From Octopus vulgaris (Eukaryota), in contig OX597818.1 of NCBI GenBank assembly GCA_951406725.2, positions 105,338,001 through 105,402,000 of the forward strand: a stretch of 64,000 nucleotides of DNA, written 5' to 3'. The notes under the pieces were generated by a model. It saw only the letters and a program-made list of their open reading frames with translations, searched no databases and was not told the origin of the DNA. The position numbers were made by a program, and so were the translations under genes. Position 1 is the stretch's first letter. The number at the start of each line of letters is the position of its first letter. Shown here piece by piece: positions 13,701 through 26,556 of the stretch.

Positions 13701-13945
13701 ATTTTACCATCAAAGTTAAAGGTGTTCTCCTCTAGTACCAAGTGTGTGGTCTTGGTAATGAAATCTGTTTTGAAACATTCATTTATCTTCTCTCTATGTT
13801 TTTCTACCTAGTGTTTGATTGCTTCCAGTCCCAAAGTATGAGGTATCTTGGTATAGAAGTTACTAACATCAAAGCTTATAAGGATAGTCCCTTCAGGGAT
13901 AGAGGATAGGATGCATTTGAGAAAATCCATGTTGTACCATATATA
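10780..13945 (-). mobile_element. Penelope-like retroelement (decayed RT + GIY-YIG), interrupted by a CR1/L2 LINE and SINE pieces
   Basis: 13556-13741 gives ENTFNFDGKMYQQIKGTGMGMKFPPSYANL (PLE RT). 11795-12100 gives CKTQNLIIYCLTCSNCKNNYIGKT (GIY-YIG). Hammerhead-like CTGATGA..GAAA at ~10824-10864. Confidence 0.8.
12712..13618 (-). mobile_element. 5'-truncated CR1/L2-type LINE inserted in the Penelope element
   Basis: ORF 12946-13611 is closely similar to ORF 38031-38918 (LVRPISEYG, LERVQKLATRMV, LSYEERL). (ATTGA)n 3' tail. Confidence 0.85.
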
Positions 13946-15089
13946 GCTGCTATGTGAGATGACAATAGTTGCAGTAAGGTCAAATGATCAGGAAGCTCAT
14001 TTCACAACCATGCAATCTGTAGTTCAATCCTGCTGTGAGGAATTTTGGCCAAATGTCATTTTCTTTAAACTTGCTTTAATTTTGATCAACTAATACCTAA
14101 CAAGTGAAATAAAACTGGCTGAAACTGTATAGAGGCCCATCAAGTGGATTGTACCTTGTTACATACTATGCTATGCTGATACTGTCCAAGAATTATATTA
14201 TGAGTACATGTGACTGTGGACTACTCAGCTGCTAACATGACAATTCAGGAGCAGGAAATTTAGTTGACCAAACAACTGAATCAACATTGTTGAATAATAA
14301 AGATTCACCAGTTGAAAGAAGACATGCAATATATACATTAATACCTTCACTATTCAATAACTACCTTGCATCTTTTTTCTGCTAGTCCAGTTTGTTATAG
14401 GTCAACATATAATCTTGTATGACCAGTTATATACTGATTTGCTTTAATTTTGATGTGATCAGGCTCACAATAGAATATCTAAAATAGCACAAGTTATCAT
14501 AAAAACATTTTAACAAAATTCCCACTGTAGAGGATGTTGTGGCAGGAGAAAATGCAAATTAGTAATCAATTAGGTTGGCCCTTTTATTTTGGAACATGAA
14601 TTATTACCTACTAATGTTATAAGTTGTCACTCATAAATTTACTGCTACCATTTGGAAGGAAATCAATGTTAAAAAATCATCTGTGACTATCATCAGCTTA
14701 CTGTCTTTTTGCATTATGCATTGAATCAAAGTAACAAAATCATAAGGAAATGCTTCATGTTTCATGTGGTGGAATGGTAAAAATTACTTGGAATTTTTGA
14801 TTTTTAAATTTCACAGACTTGACATTCCCAAGAGTCATGTGAGAAAATTTATTAAGTTTCAGGTCTTCAATATTGAAGTGGTTCTTAGCATTGAAAACTA
14901 GACCACTGCTTTTGCTAACAGCTTGACTTTGTGAGAAACAGACAGTGCCCATCTACTTTTAAATAAATATCATCAATATCCTTGTATTTATTGCATTCCT
15001 GAAGGCAGATTACAGGATATTTACTGTACATAAATTACATATAAAGATTTTAAGTTCACATGTATTAATTTCAGCTCTTTTTATTAATA

Positions 15090-15750
15090 ACTGCATTGTT
15101 TCTTTACTGTTAAACTGACATCTGACAGTTCAAAGAATACTAGAGGTAACTTTTCTTGAAAATGGTCAAAATTTTGCATCTGCAAAAAATTAGGTACCTG
15201 CAAAAAAAAAAGGGTTTATCCCCCATGGACGTTCATGCTGACATGGTTTCTATTTTAGAAGATGATGCTCCAGCTTTATCAACACTGCAAAAGTGGACAG
15301 CTGAATTTAGGAGGGGAAGGGAGAGTCTTGAAGATGACCTAACATTTGGATGTCCTGAAACTGCCACCACTGAGGAAAATAATAATGTTCACCACATGCT
15401 GATGAACGACAGGCAATTGACAGTAAATCAAATAACCAATGCTATTAGAATATCTTGTGAGAGAGTTGAGAACACTCTGTGCATGATGAAGGTTTCTGCT
15501 CAGTGAATGCCACGTCTTCTGAGTGCTGATGGATGACAGGTGATGAACCGACAATTAATCAAATAAACAATACTATTAGCATTGAGAGAGTTGAGAATAT
15601 TCTGCACAATGAACTTGGCATGATGAAAATTTATGCTTGGAAGAATTGTGTGGACTGCAAGGGGAACTGTGTTGAAAAATAAATCTTATTTGGTCACATT
15701 CCATGAGATTATCTTGGTCAGCCAATAAACTTTTCAGCCAACCCTTGTAT
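15090..15750 (+). mobile_element. Internally deleted mariner element
   Basis: ORF 15156-15506 is a mariner N-terminal HTH region (LSTLQKWTAEFRRGRESLEDD...MMKVSAQ). TIR-like end 'aaacttttcagccaacccttg' followed by TA. Confidence 0.7.
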
Positions 15751-16684
15751 GTTGATGTAAAGGTACACAGTATCATTCTTGCAGCTTCAATAGAATTGGG
15801 TTAGTTCTTAATTGCACATCCATTGAAAGTAGATTGCCTAAAGGTTAGGTATTAGGCATAGGGATATAAATAACATCATTGGTTCACTTCCTTGAAGGAG
15901 TGGTGCATTGTGACATTCAACAAAGCACATCATAGCACACTACTCCAGTTTACTTAGCTGAAAATTTGTAACAGCTAACCACTAATGCAGCTTTCTCTCC
16001 ACTCCAGCGGTAATCTTGTTGATATTCCATTATCTCAAGAGTGAGATGGCTGAGAGACCCCAAAAAAATTGGAGAAAGTATAGCAATAACCAGGTTATGC
16101 ACACTAACAAGTGACAGCTAAGCTAGTTGCTGCTGAAGATAACAATCTTGCTGTCAACAGAGTGTCTCATATAGAGAACAGCAGCAGGTTTGATGATTCA
16201 GATTTGTTGGGGTGAGTGGGGAGCTTCTGTGGTAGTAAGGGTGGTGGTAACAGCAGTGGTGGCAGTTTTTTCTTTTTTTTTTGTGAATAAATGCATCTGT
16301 TCAACTAACCCAGAAACTATGACATTAATCCAAACCTAGATAAGTTATCAGGTTTGGATTGATTGTCATAGTTTCGAGGTTAGTGGAATTTACTGGAGTT
16401 GTGGCAGTTGAAAGTAAATAGCGGAAGAAAGAAAGAGAGAGAGAGAATATGCCAGGCCAGCTGTTACGTCTGTTTCTTCTGTTAATTGAGGTGATAGTGA
16501 TTGAGGAAAATTACTTGAATGCCTCTGTTGTCTTAGTAATGTGTATAATATTGAGAAAGGACAGAGGCTTGTCATTGTTCAGTGGTTCTCAACCATTTTT
16601 TGCCTATTGACCCCTTTCATTCCTATTTCACTCTATTGGATCTCCATAGCCATTCGATGTACAAAAAAGATTCCTACTGTTCTA

Positions 16685-17845
16685 TATTTAAGAGATGAGG
16701 AATTATGTACATTATTTACATTATTTACATTTGACGGATATTTGTTCTCATCTTGTTTGTTGTTAACACGTTTCGGCTGATATACTCTCCACCTTCATCA
16801 TGTATCTTGGGGAAATTTCGAGCCTGGGTTCTCATTCCTAAGGTATTTTTCGATATTGCTGTTGTTGTTGCTGTTATTCTTCTTCTTATTATTATTATTA
16901 TTACCTGTACTCAGTCTGCTTAAGAGGTTGTTGTGTCCTAGCATACATGGTGCTTCTCTTTTAGTTTATGTATTTTCCAGTGGTGTTCTCTGTCTATTAT
17001 TTTAACTTCATCCCATACGGGGAAGTGCTCTCCATTTTTCCATCGACGGATGGATGAATGTGCATCCAGGCTCAGCGGTTGCATAGGAAGTCGGGGACAA
17101 GAAACAGGAAGAAAGAGTGAGAGAAAGTTGGGGCGAAAGAGTACAACAGGAGTCGCCACCACCCCCTGCCGGAGCCTCGTGTAGCTTTAGGTGTTTTCGT
17201 TCAATAAACACACACAACGCCCAGTCTGGGAATTGAAACTGCAATCCTCCAACCGCAAGTCCGCTGCCCTAACCACTGGGCCATTGTGCCTCCTGTTGTT
17301 TCTCTTGCAGATGTACTTGCTGTTGTTGTTGTTGTTCATTCAGCTGTTGTTATTGCTGTTTTTGCAACTTGAGCTAATCCGCCAACAAATTTTCCATACT
17401 TTTATGCATTTTCGTAAAATTTGTACACCAACTTTGTGAGTTTATTAACTCCTCTTTGAGTTTCTGTTAACTCCATGTGAATTAGTTTATCCTCGTCATC
17501 ACTGTTATAAAGTGGTCTTTTGCCACTATTGTATCTGTCTTTTGATGACAGATGTTGCTCTGACAGATATTGGTATATTCCGAAGCTGTTTGATAGGATG
17601 TTTCTATCTGGCACTGTACGACCACCAGTCATACTGTGTTATTATCATCAAATGGTTGGATCGTTATAAAGTCCATTCAGTATCACAGTATAATTACACT
17701 CTCAGCATGGACACAACTATCACTACAGTCTACACGTACTCTTGTACTCTCTTGATACTGGCCGATATAACCTTACTTATAGTGACTGGTTCATTCCACT
17801 TGTCATGTGGGAGGAGATCTACCATTATTACTAATTCCCTACAAC
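16685..17845 (-). mobile_element. Penelope-like fragments (GIY-YIG C-terminus, terminal repeat) with an inserted SINE
   Basis: HFPVWDEVKIIDREHHWKIHKLKE at ~16950-17040. Degenerate hammerhead at ~16763-16812. 17500-17845 is homologous (inverted) to 28200-28545. Confidence 0.6.
17045..17292 (-). mobile_element. tRNA-derived SINE
   Basis: Head 'ggaggcacaatggcccagtggttagggcagcggacttgcgg'; same family as 21360-21645. Confidence 0.75.
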
Positions 17846-17861
17846 AATATATATATATACT

Positions 17862-18442
17862 TTATAGAATTAAGGATAAAATCATGTTAATGATTTTATC
17901 AAGTGGTCAGCGTGAAATAAAACTTCATAGGTAATTTTGTATACTAAATTTATAATTATATACATAATTATATTAAAGGGATCAGGAAAAGCCTTCTCTA
18001 GCACACTAAATATAGATACCAAATCACACTAAAAACCACCATATGACTCCTACAGCATGGGTTGTAAGTGGGCAAAGGAAAAATAATAAATAAAACTTCA
18101 CAGTTAATTGTGTATCGGAACCAATTTCATACTTAAAGCTATGAAAAAAGCTTATTGCTCATCATCAGCACAATATTCATGGTATATAATCACAAATACT
18201 TATACATAGCTATACAAAGAACAAAGCCATATGTCCATATACAAATATTTGCATGTATACACCAGATATTTATATTTTTCATTTCAACCACGTGTTTCTT
18301 ATCAAAAGAGCCTTGCAGTAAATGCAATTTTGATCTGGACCCAAAAAATATTTTATTATTTATTTTCTTCAGAATTAATTATAAAATCACGCTAATGATT
18401 TTATCAAGTGGTCAGCATGAAATAAAACCTCATAGGTAATTC
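17862..18442. repeat. ~75-bp direct repeats ~510 bp apart (probable Penelope tandem pseudo-LTR)
   Basis: 'agaatta...aaaatca.g.taatgattttatcaagtggtcagc.tgaaataaaac.tcataggtaatt' at ~17865 and ~18370. Degenerate minus-strand CTGATGA...GAAAttggTT at ~18115-18172. Confidence 0.6.
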
Positions 18443-19664
18443 TATATACTATAAAAATTACCTACCTTAAAGCCTGCTATAATTATAGTAAGCTTTAACA
18501 CACACACACACACGTGCATGTGTATGTATCTCTTTGTCTTGATGCCACTTGATACATGCAAATGAACATCATTATCATCATCATTGTTTAACACCTGTTT
18601 TATATGCTGGCATAGGTTGGATGGTTTGACAGGAACCAAGGAGCCAGAGAACTGCACCAAACTCCAATGTCTGCTTTGGCATAGTTTCTATACCTGGATG
18701 CCCATCCTAACATCAACCACTTTACAGTGTGTACTGGATGCTTTTTTACTTGGCACTAGTACTAGTGAAGTCACTGAATAAACCACAAGACAAGGCCTCT
18801 CAAGTGAGTAGGTGAGGGGAGAAGCTGGTTTTATGCCACGTATTGAGTCAAAGTACGATACACATACAGGCATACACTCTTGCTAAAGATATCCATTAGG
18901 CGAGATTTCAAATAAACCAGACTAAATCTGCTGGATTAAGAGAGTGGCTATCAGTGATGACTTTCAACATCATCTTTATGTGCGAGTTGTATTTCCCTGC
19001 AATATCTATCAATATTCCAGAGATTATATGTATCTTTCAGCCCTATGTTTTACATCTCAACCTCAAAGGAAGACATTCAGCAGAGAGATATGGTGGATAT
19101 GATTTACTGTGACACCACAAACCAGCAAAACAAGCAATTCAGTTAGAATTTAAATACATTCACAAGTTATTTTATTGAACTTTTGAAAAACTAGGATTAT
19201 CTCTATGTATACAACAGCCTTGTTACTAAATTAAAGTCAGTTAGTATTCTCAAGTGTATACTTTTATTGAAACCTTGAAACTGTAAAATCAGTGGGTGCA
19301 CAATATCTTCATTACTAAATATTAGATAAAACATAGTAAATAAATGTTCTTATTTATTTACACACCAAGAGCAAACTGAAAATGATTCCAAAATAAAAGA
19401 AAAAAAACGAAACTAAAAAGCAGAGGAAAAATAAAAATTAATAAATATTATTACAAAATCCCAAGTGTTGAGCAACACACCTCATACCTTTATGTATGTG
19501 CATGTATCATGTGGCATTAAGAGAAGGAGATACACACATACATGTGTGCATGTGTGTGTGTGTGTGTTTGGCTTGATCACTGTCACTGGGTAGAAATGAA
19601 AAATAGGACACTGTTATTGATCATTGAATGCAACTGATTCTTACGGCAATACTTGGCTTGGTGA

Positions 19665-19835
19665 ATAAACAACAACAACCACAGTAACTGCAAGAATAAG
19701 AACAAGGACATCAACTACAACAATAGCAGCAACAACAGTATTAACAACAAAAACATTAAAAACAACATCAACAACAGCAACAACAACAGAAACAACAATA
19801 ATATCAACAATTACTACAAAAGAAACATCAAGCAC
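19665..19835. repeat. Degenerate (AAC)n microsatellite
   Basis: aacaacagcaacaaca runs. Confidence 0.8.
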
Positions 19836-21316
19836 ATGTCTCTAAACCGGTGGTTCTCATCTGAAGTCTATATAGCCCTTGGGGATTCATATAAGATTTT
19901 GTTGTTTAAATTTTTGTGCAATAAATTACTTATATTTCTACAATACACAAAATATTATGTTTTTTTAAAACAATTCCTAATAATATTTAATCGTAAAAAT
20001 ACAGCAGGAATTTTCATTATTTACATTATTTACAATTAACGGATATTTGTTCTCATCTTGTTTATTGTTAACGTGGTTGAAAAAATCTTATGAATTCAAG
20101 CCATATTCATTATTCAATAGAAATCTAATCTGTTTCTCCTCTAAATATTTAACTTTCTATGTAAAGCGACAACGTGACTTAACTATGAAAATGAGAGGGA
20201 GAGACTAAGAGAGAGAGGGGGAGGGAGAGCGAGACAGCTGGTGGGGCGATAAAGCATAGAGCAATATAACAATGCAACAACTCTGAGAGTGTAGTGGGTG
20301 CTTTTACGTACGACTGGCACGAGGGCCAGTCAGGCGGTACTGGCAATGGCCACACTCGAAATGGTGAATTTTACGTGCCACCTGCACAGAAGCCAATCAG
20401 CTGCTCTGGCAATGATCATAGTAGATACATTGGTAGTGCTGGACATGACCAGTGGCGTAAGCCATTCGTTCAAGGGACCGTTCCTTTATACTTCAGAGTA
20501 GGTGGGGTAGTCAGAGTTCTTCAGACATCTGGAAGCCTTCTTAAAAATGCTCCACATCTTAAAGCAAGGAAAGGTCTTTTAAATGAATGCAAGGGCCGTT
20601 AGAAGAGAGGGTGCAAAAGCCTTGCATATCTGCTCAGATGCTTCCAGCTGTCTCACAAGTACCAAATGGATTACTCGGAGGCACCAATGTGGCCATGGAC
20701 AAAATAATATATGGTCATCCAGATCGTATCCACGAGGTGGAGTTAAAAGGTTCACCAATTAGTTATTTTTAATAAAAAATAACTTACCCATCTACATCAA
20801 AAGAGTCACCTTGAGCAGCAATTTACCTGTTCCACAAATCCACCAGTGTAATCTATCTCTATATACATGCATACTTTCATATACACACACACACACACAA
20901 TTTGAGAGGTCTTGGTATCCAGAAGACCTAAATGGCAGGTAAGGCTATGTTGGTGCTACAGGAGGACCACTGTTAGACTCCCGGTTCAATAATAGTATGA
21001 GCGAAGGGGTCAAACGCGGGTCGTGTGTGAGTATGTATATGTTGAATAAAGTGAGACAACAAAGCCAAGGCAGTGAGACATTTTTGGGACATTTATAAAG
21101 AGAAAGGTAGTCTTACAGTGATATTCCCCTTGGATTAGATAGATGGAAGAGCATTGTAGAAAATGAAGGAGGGTATATTTTAGATTAAAATACAACTTTG
21201 CTTATCGTAAGTTTGGAAAATAAAAGAAGCATAAAAAAACTCCATTATTTATGGGATGACCCGATATATGTGTGTGTGTATATATACATATATATATATA
21301 CACATATATATACACA

Positions 21317-21358
<42 letters not shown>

Positions 21359-21359
<1 letters not shown>

Positions 21360-21645
21360 CACGTGACCGACCAGACAATCAGATGTTGTTACACATCGCT
21401 GGTCACAATGCGTTCGCATTGTTTTAGCCTTCGAATGACGCCACCCCGCTGGCTAAGCGAGCAGGCCAACAGAAGAAAGAGTGGTGAAAGAGTACAGCAG
21501 GGATCACCACCCCCTGCCGGAGCCTCGTGGAGCTTTTAGGTGTTTTCGCTCAATAAACACACACAACGCCCGGTCTGGGAATCAAAACCGCGATCCTGCG
21601 ACCGCGAGTCCGCTGCCCTAACCACTAGGCCATTGCGCCTCCACA
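21359..21645 (-). mobile_element. Young full-length tRNA-derived SINE within (TA)n
   Basis: Minus strand has A-box TGGCCTAGTGG and B-box-like GGTTTTGATTCC. CpGs are intact. Flanked by TA microsatellites. Confidence 0.85.
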
Positions 21646-21664
21646 TATATATATATATACATAC

Positions 21665-21759
<95 letters not shown>

Positions 21760-21809
21760 CATACATTCACACATATGTACATATGTACATAGTATGTTAG
21801 TAAAAAGCT

Positions 21810-22470
21810 CAGAGATGATAGTAACATTGATCATCAAAGCAGTCTATCATGGACCAATAGCCAGGTAACTACCTCCCACTTTGAAGGGTATGTGTTTGCA
21901 ATCCAGGAACAGGAAATATCAACCTGATGCGCAAAAGGGGTAGAGATGCAGGAGAAGCAGTAAAATATGGCAACTGACACCTACTTTGTGGAATTAACAC
22001 TGACGATATCAGCCACATCACATGTCATTGTCCAAAAATGTCATCATGGTTCTCTACCAATGAGACATGATGTTGTAGCAAGGACACTCTATAATGAAAT
22101 CTATCAGAAGGATAACCCTGCGGACAAAGAAATAAGAACCCACAGTACAGTAGAAACCATAGCCACTGGTGGAATGTCCCAGTGAAGACCTCAGTAAAAT
22201 GTAAGCACAAAAGACCTGATATAATGATTTGGGATAGAGGAGAGAAACTGTGTAGAGTTGTGGAAATTAGCTGCCCAACAGATGTTAACATAAATCTGAA
22301 GATGAGTGAAAAAGAGAATACCTACATTGAACTATTGAGAAATCTGCAGTTAATCTATCCAGATTACAAGTTCAGGCTTATACCTGTAGTTATTGGGACC
22401 CTGTGGATATGGAACATACTGCCTAAATACCAATCTTCAGAAATTAGGCTCCTCAAAAATCTTTAAAACA
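21810..22470 (+). mobile_element. 3' fragment of an RLE-type (R4/Dong/Hero-like) non-LTR retrotransposon
   Basis: Degenerate CCHC followed by RHDVVAR, then KRPDIMIWD...VVEISCP...EKENTY...IPVVIGTL (PD-(D/E)xK restriction-like endonuclease). Confidence 0.75.
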
Positions 22471-22822
22471 TGAACTCAGGACAACAAGCGAGAAACTTTG
22501 CTATCACATGCAAATTTTTGAACAAGCCAATATCAATTGTGAGTTTGCTTCCAACCCACAAGCATTATAGAGAGAGACAAGGAAGGAAAACATTACCATT
22601 AAGAAAGTTCCCTCCCGAGAAGCTCTACAATCATTCTGGGGAAAAATTTGGAATGAAAAGAGGGATTTCAACCTCAATGCATCATGGTTAAATAGAACTG
22701 AGAAAGAATACTGTACTAACACTAACAGTAAAACATACACAATTGATGCAGAAACCTTTGCTATAGCAGTAGGAAATCTCTTAACTGCACAGCCACGCTT
22801 GTACCTATTTTATACAGTCACA

Positions 22823-22868
<46 letters not shown>

Positions 22869-22884
22869 TATCTATAAATCACTG

Positions 22885-23156
22885 TAGTGTCCAGATGATC
22901 AGCCATTGCTGTGCCCTGCTGGTCACACTGCAATTCTTCACGTTATTCTGAGGACTAAGGTGTATAAGCGACACAGATCATGATATTCTCCTGAAACAGG
23001 GCACCAGTCGATCACAGGGTTATTTATTTACAGCTCAGTTGACGGGAACAATGTGAAATGAGGTATTCATCTGAGGGCCTCTAAGCACCACCCTCTGGGA
23101 TTTGAAATCATGAACACAAGATCGGGAACGCCATAACGTAATCACTAAGCCACACA
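22885..23156 (-). mobile_element. Decayed tRNA-derived SINE
   Basis: Minus-strand head 'gtgtggcttagtgattacg...gatttcaaatccc'; 3' end resembles the 21359 family. Confidence 0.5.
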
Positions 23157-23789
23157 TGTTTACAATATGTGTGTGTGAGAGAGAGAGAGAGAGAGTGTAT
23201 GATCATGTTTCCATATAGGTGTTGCCCAATAAAACCAATGATAAAAATTTTAACAAGTTGTCAAGCTTTTATTTGTTATGAAATAAAAAAGGTTTAAATG
23301 GGCTTCATATAATCTCCATACGTAGGTGTGAGTGTGTATGTGTGTACTAAATGAATTGAATTAGACTGTGAGAGGATAAGTTGTAAACAACATTCAAGGT
23401 CACAGAAATTCAAGTCAGTTAGAGTAGCATGAAATTGAGTGAACGTAATAAAAGAAGATAGAATGTATATATAAATATAATTCCACGAAAAACACAATGA
23501 ATAGCCTTATTGGCTGAGACGACTTACTTCCTGCTTACTACAATTATATAAACCTATGAATCTAAAATCAGTTTGTTCATACCAACGAGAGAACTTGAAG
23601 ATTCATATCTCAAATTTTAAACCTCGGAACAAGCTTACTCAGCTGAAAATCTTAAAACTCAAACTTATCCAACTGAAAACTTCTGATTCAAGGTAAAGAA
23701 AAAATTTTCTCGTCTTAAATCTTGTCATATATATATAATATTTTATCTTTTACTACTTAAAGCTGTGGCCATGCTGGGGCACACTGTCA

Positions 23790-25240
23790 TTATTGAGAAC
23801 TTCCTCTGGTATGTGGCATTTGGTGAATAAGGGAGTTTGATGTCATTGCCCTTATTTGTGCCTCCTGCCAGAAGGGAGGTTCATCCAGGATTCTCAACAG
23901 GGAGAGGTCCAGTTTTCTTTTGAAAACACATCCACTTTGTGTAGGTCCCTCATGCTTTTTGGGAGAATATTAAAAAGCTTTGGGCATTTAAAACCCCTGT
24001 TGCAGTAATAACTGGTCCTGAAATGTGAAAGCAGTGTTGGAATCTTTGGCTCTGTGCAGTGGTGACCCGTTCTGGCGTTTGTGTAGCTTTCAAAGCCAAA
24101 ATTTGGTACATTCCCTTCCAGGATCTTCCAGATGTATATCACTGCATATCTTCCCCACCTTCACTCTAGGGAGTAAAGTCTTACCTGTTTCAGCCTTCCC
24201 CAGTAGTTGAGCTGTTGCAATGAGATGATCTTTTTTTAGTAGCTTCGCTGGATTGCTTCAAGGTCCACTGTTAATTTTACACTGTGGGGTGACTGTTGTT
24301 AGGAGCAGTAGTCCAGGCAGCTGAGGATAAATGTCCTCCAGCGGACCATCAGGGTTTCTTTGTCCCTGGCTCTGAAGGTTCTCAGGATCCATCCATCCAG
24401 CCATCTGCACTTTGTCGTCATCTTGTTAAAGTGCACTTGGAAAGAGGTATCATCACTCATGTCGATACCCAGATCACACACGTGATTGTAATTCCCCACT
24501 AGGCCAGTATATCCTGTATGTTTTCCATTCAAATTTGGATGCTGGTAGTGCAGGGCTTGAAATTTTCCAGCATTAAACTGCATATTATTGTCCTCAGACC
24601 ATCTGTAAATTGCATCCAGCTACTGCTGCAGGCATGCAACATCACTACGGTTTTGCATTTTCTGCAAAAATTTTGTGTCGTCTCCGTAGCTAGCAAAGGT
24701 ATCAGGGCAGCGGAGAGCATATCTCAGAGGGCCACTATGAAAATCAGTGGCCCTAAGACAGTGCCCTGTGGAACACCACTCACTATTTGTGGTACCGTTG
24801 AGGTGGTACCACTGGCTACCACTGCCTGACTTCTGTCTTTCAGAAAGTCATGTAATCATTCTCCAAGTTTTCCAGCTTTGCCAAGATCACGTAGTTTGTG
24901 GCATATCATATCATGATTAACTTTATCAAAAGCTTTTGCAAAGTATATTACATCCACATTTGAGTTGTTAAGTTACTGTTTCAGCACCCAGTCATTGTGC
25001 TATAGGAGCTGTGTCAGGCAACTCCTACTTGGTCGAAAACCATGCTATCACTCAGCAAGTCACTTTCTTCCAGGAATGACTTTGCTTGTGTGTGAAGTCA
25101 GAGAGATAGGCCTATAAGTTATGGCACCTGCTCTGCTTCCTCCTTCATGGATTGGGCATATCATTCCCTTCTAAAGTTTGCTTGGCAGCTTGCCATTCAC
25201 AAGAAAACTCTGGAGGAAAATCTGTAGTGGTTTTTCCTGG
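23790..25240 (-). mobile_element. Decayed CR1-type LINE (second family)
   Basis: Fragments GVPQGTVLGPL, QFNAGKFQALHY, ILSCLDYCS and IYIWKILEG. Confidence 0.8.
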
Positions 25241-25272
25241 GCATATATATGTATATACATTATATATATTAT

Positions 25273-26063
25273 AAATATTGATCATAGAACAGACATCAAA
25301 TTCGAGTCGGCGACTTTATATATAACACCGTAACATTTCATCATATATAAGTGTTGCCATGGCTCTTAGACATAAAAAGTATACATATATAAAATACACA
25401 GAAGATAAAAAATATATACGCGAATAAGGACACAGATATGTGGAGCGGCCTATCAGGATGGTATATGCGGTTGGCTGGGAATTCTAAAGCGTGTCTTGCT
25501 GCTAAAAATCCAATTAAACTAAAATAAAATATCAATCAACTAAACAAAGAATTTGTTGAGATTCCTGTTCATCATGATGTGGGGGTCATTGCCAAGATGC
25601 GCTTTAACTCGTAATCGAACTGCGGCAATGAACTCCTGAAATGGCCATAGGTGTGTTTCACTTGATTTTGTGGAACTCTTTTTGCTCCTGGACTCTAACC
25701 TACCATGGGTTTTATGAAACAAACTTTTTTGACGTACTCTTTCATTTGAGGGGAGTAAGAAAATTTTTCTTTTAAGTCGATATTTTATTTAGATTTTTAG
25801 TAGCATGACACGCTTTGGAATTCTTGGTCGATTGTGTATGCCTTCTTGATGGGCCATTCTATACACCTGCATTTTTATTCGCATATATATCTTTACCTTT
25901 GATGATTTTTATGTCTACTTTATATACTTTTTTTTTTTATATATGTATACTCTGTATGTTTGGGAGCCATGGTGGTATTTATATATGATGAAATGTTTGG
26001 AGATACGGTGTTATATATAAGGTCATTGACTCGAATTTGATGTTTATTTTATGATCAATGTTT
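25273..26063 (+). repeat. ~790-bp foldback (long imperfect inverted repeat) with a structured spacer
   Basis: ~25273-25535 pairs with ~25775-26063. Most mismatches are G.U-compatible on the + strand. The spacer holds further hairpins. Confidence 0.85.
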
Positions 26064-26257
26064 CTTTATCTCTGTCTCAGTTACATTTGAGCACTTCTCT
26101 TTTTTTGCAGTCCTATAAACCCTTTGTTTCCATAAAAAGGAGACAGAAATTATTTCTTGTCGTATACATATATATATATATGTAAAAGAGCACCATTCGA
26201 GCGTGATCGTTACCAACGTCGCCTTACTGGCACCTGTGCCAGTGGCATGTGTAAAAA

Positions 26258-26556
26258 GGGGTGGGGAAGGGTATCTTTTTTTCTTCGCAAATGTAAATAA
26301 ACCCAATCTGTTTCTTAAACGAGGGACATATTCATACAGCACGGAATGTTTTCACCCCAAATAGACTCCAGCGATTGGTTAAAATTGCTGAAATGCTCGA
26401 TTTTAAAGTGGAAATATCTTACGAACTACAGAATTTTCTCAATAAAGCCAAGAAAAAATGATGTTTTATAAAGACATTCTACCAGTATATGAAGTTTAAA
26501 AGTGTTTAGTTAACTAGAAATTGTGTTGACATGTGCCGTTCAAAAGGAAAAGATCC
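26258..26556. mobile_element. Partial copy of the 3042-3461 MITE
   Basis: Aligns from 'ggggtggggaagggtatc' to the right TIR 'gttcaaaaggaaaagatcc'. Confidence 0.75.

Noticed and set aside
19641-19835. Val-rich membrane-like ORF (likewise the poly-Asp/Ser/Ile ORFs at ~60650-60930)
   Set aside because: These are trinucleotide microsatellites.
21560-21645. tRNA gene
   Set aside because: The A/B boxes belong to a SINE head that continues into a repeated body; I see no complete cloverleaf.
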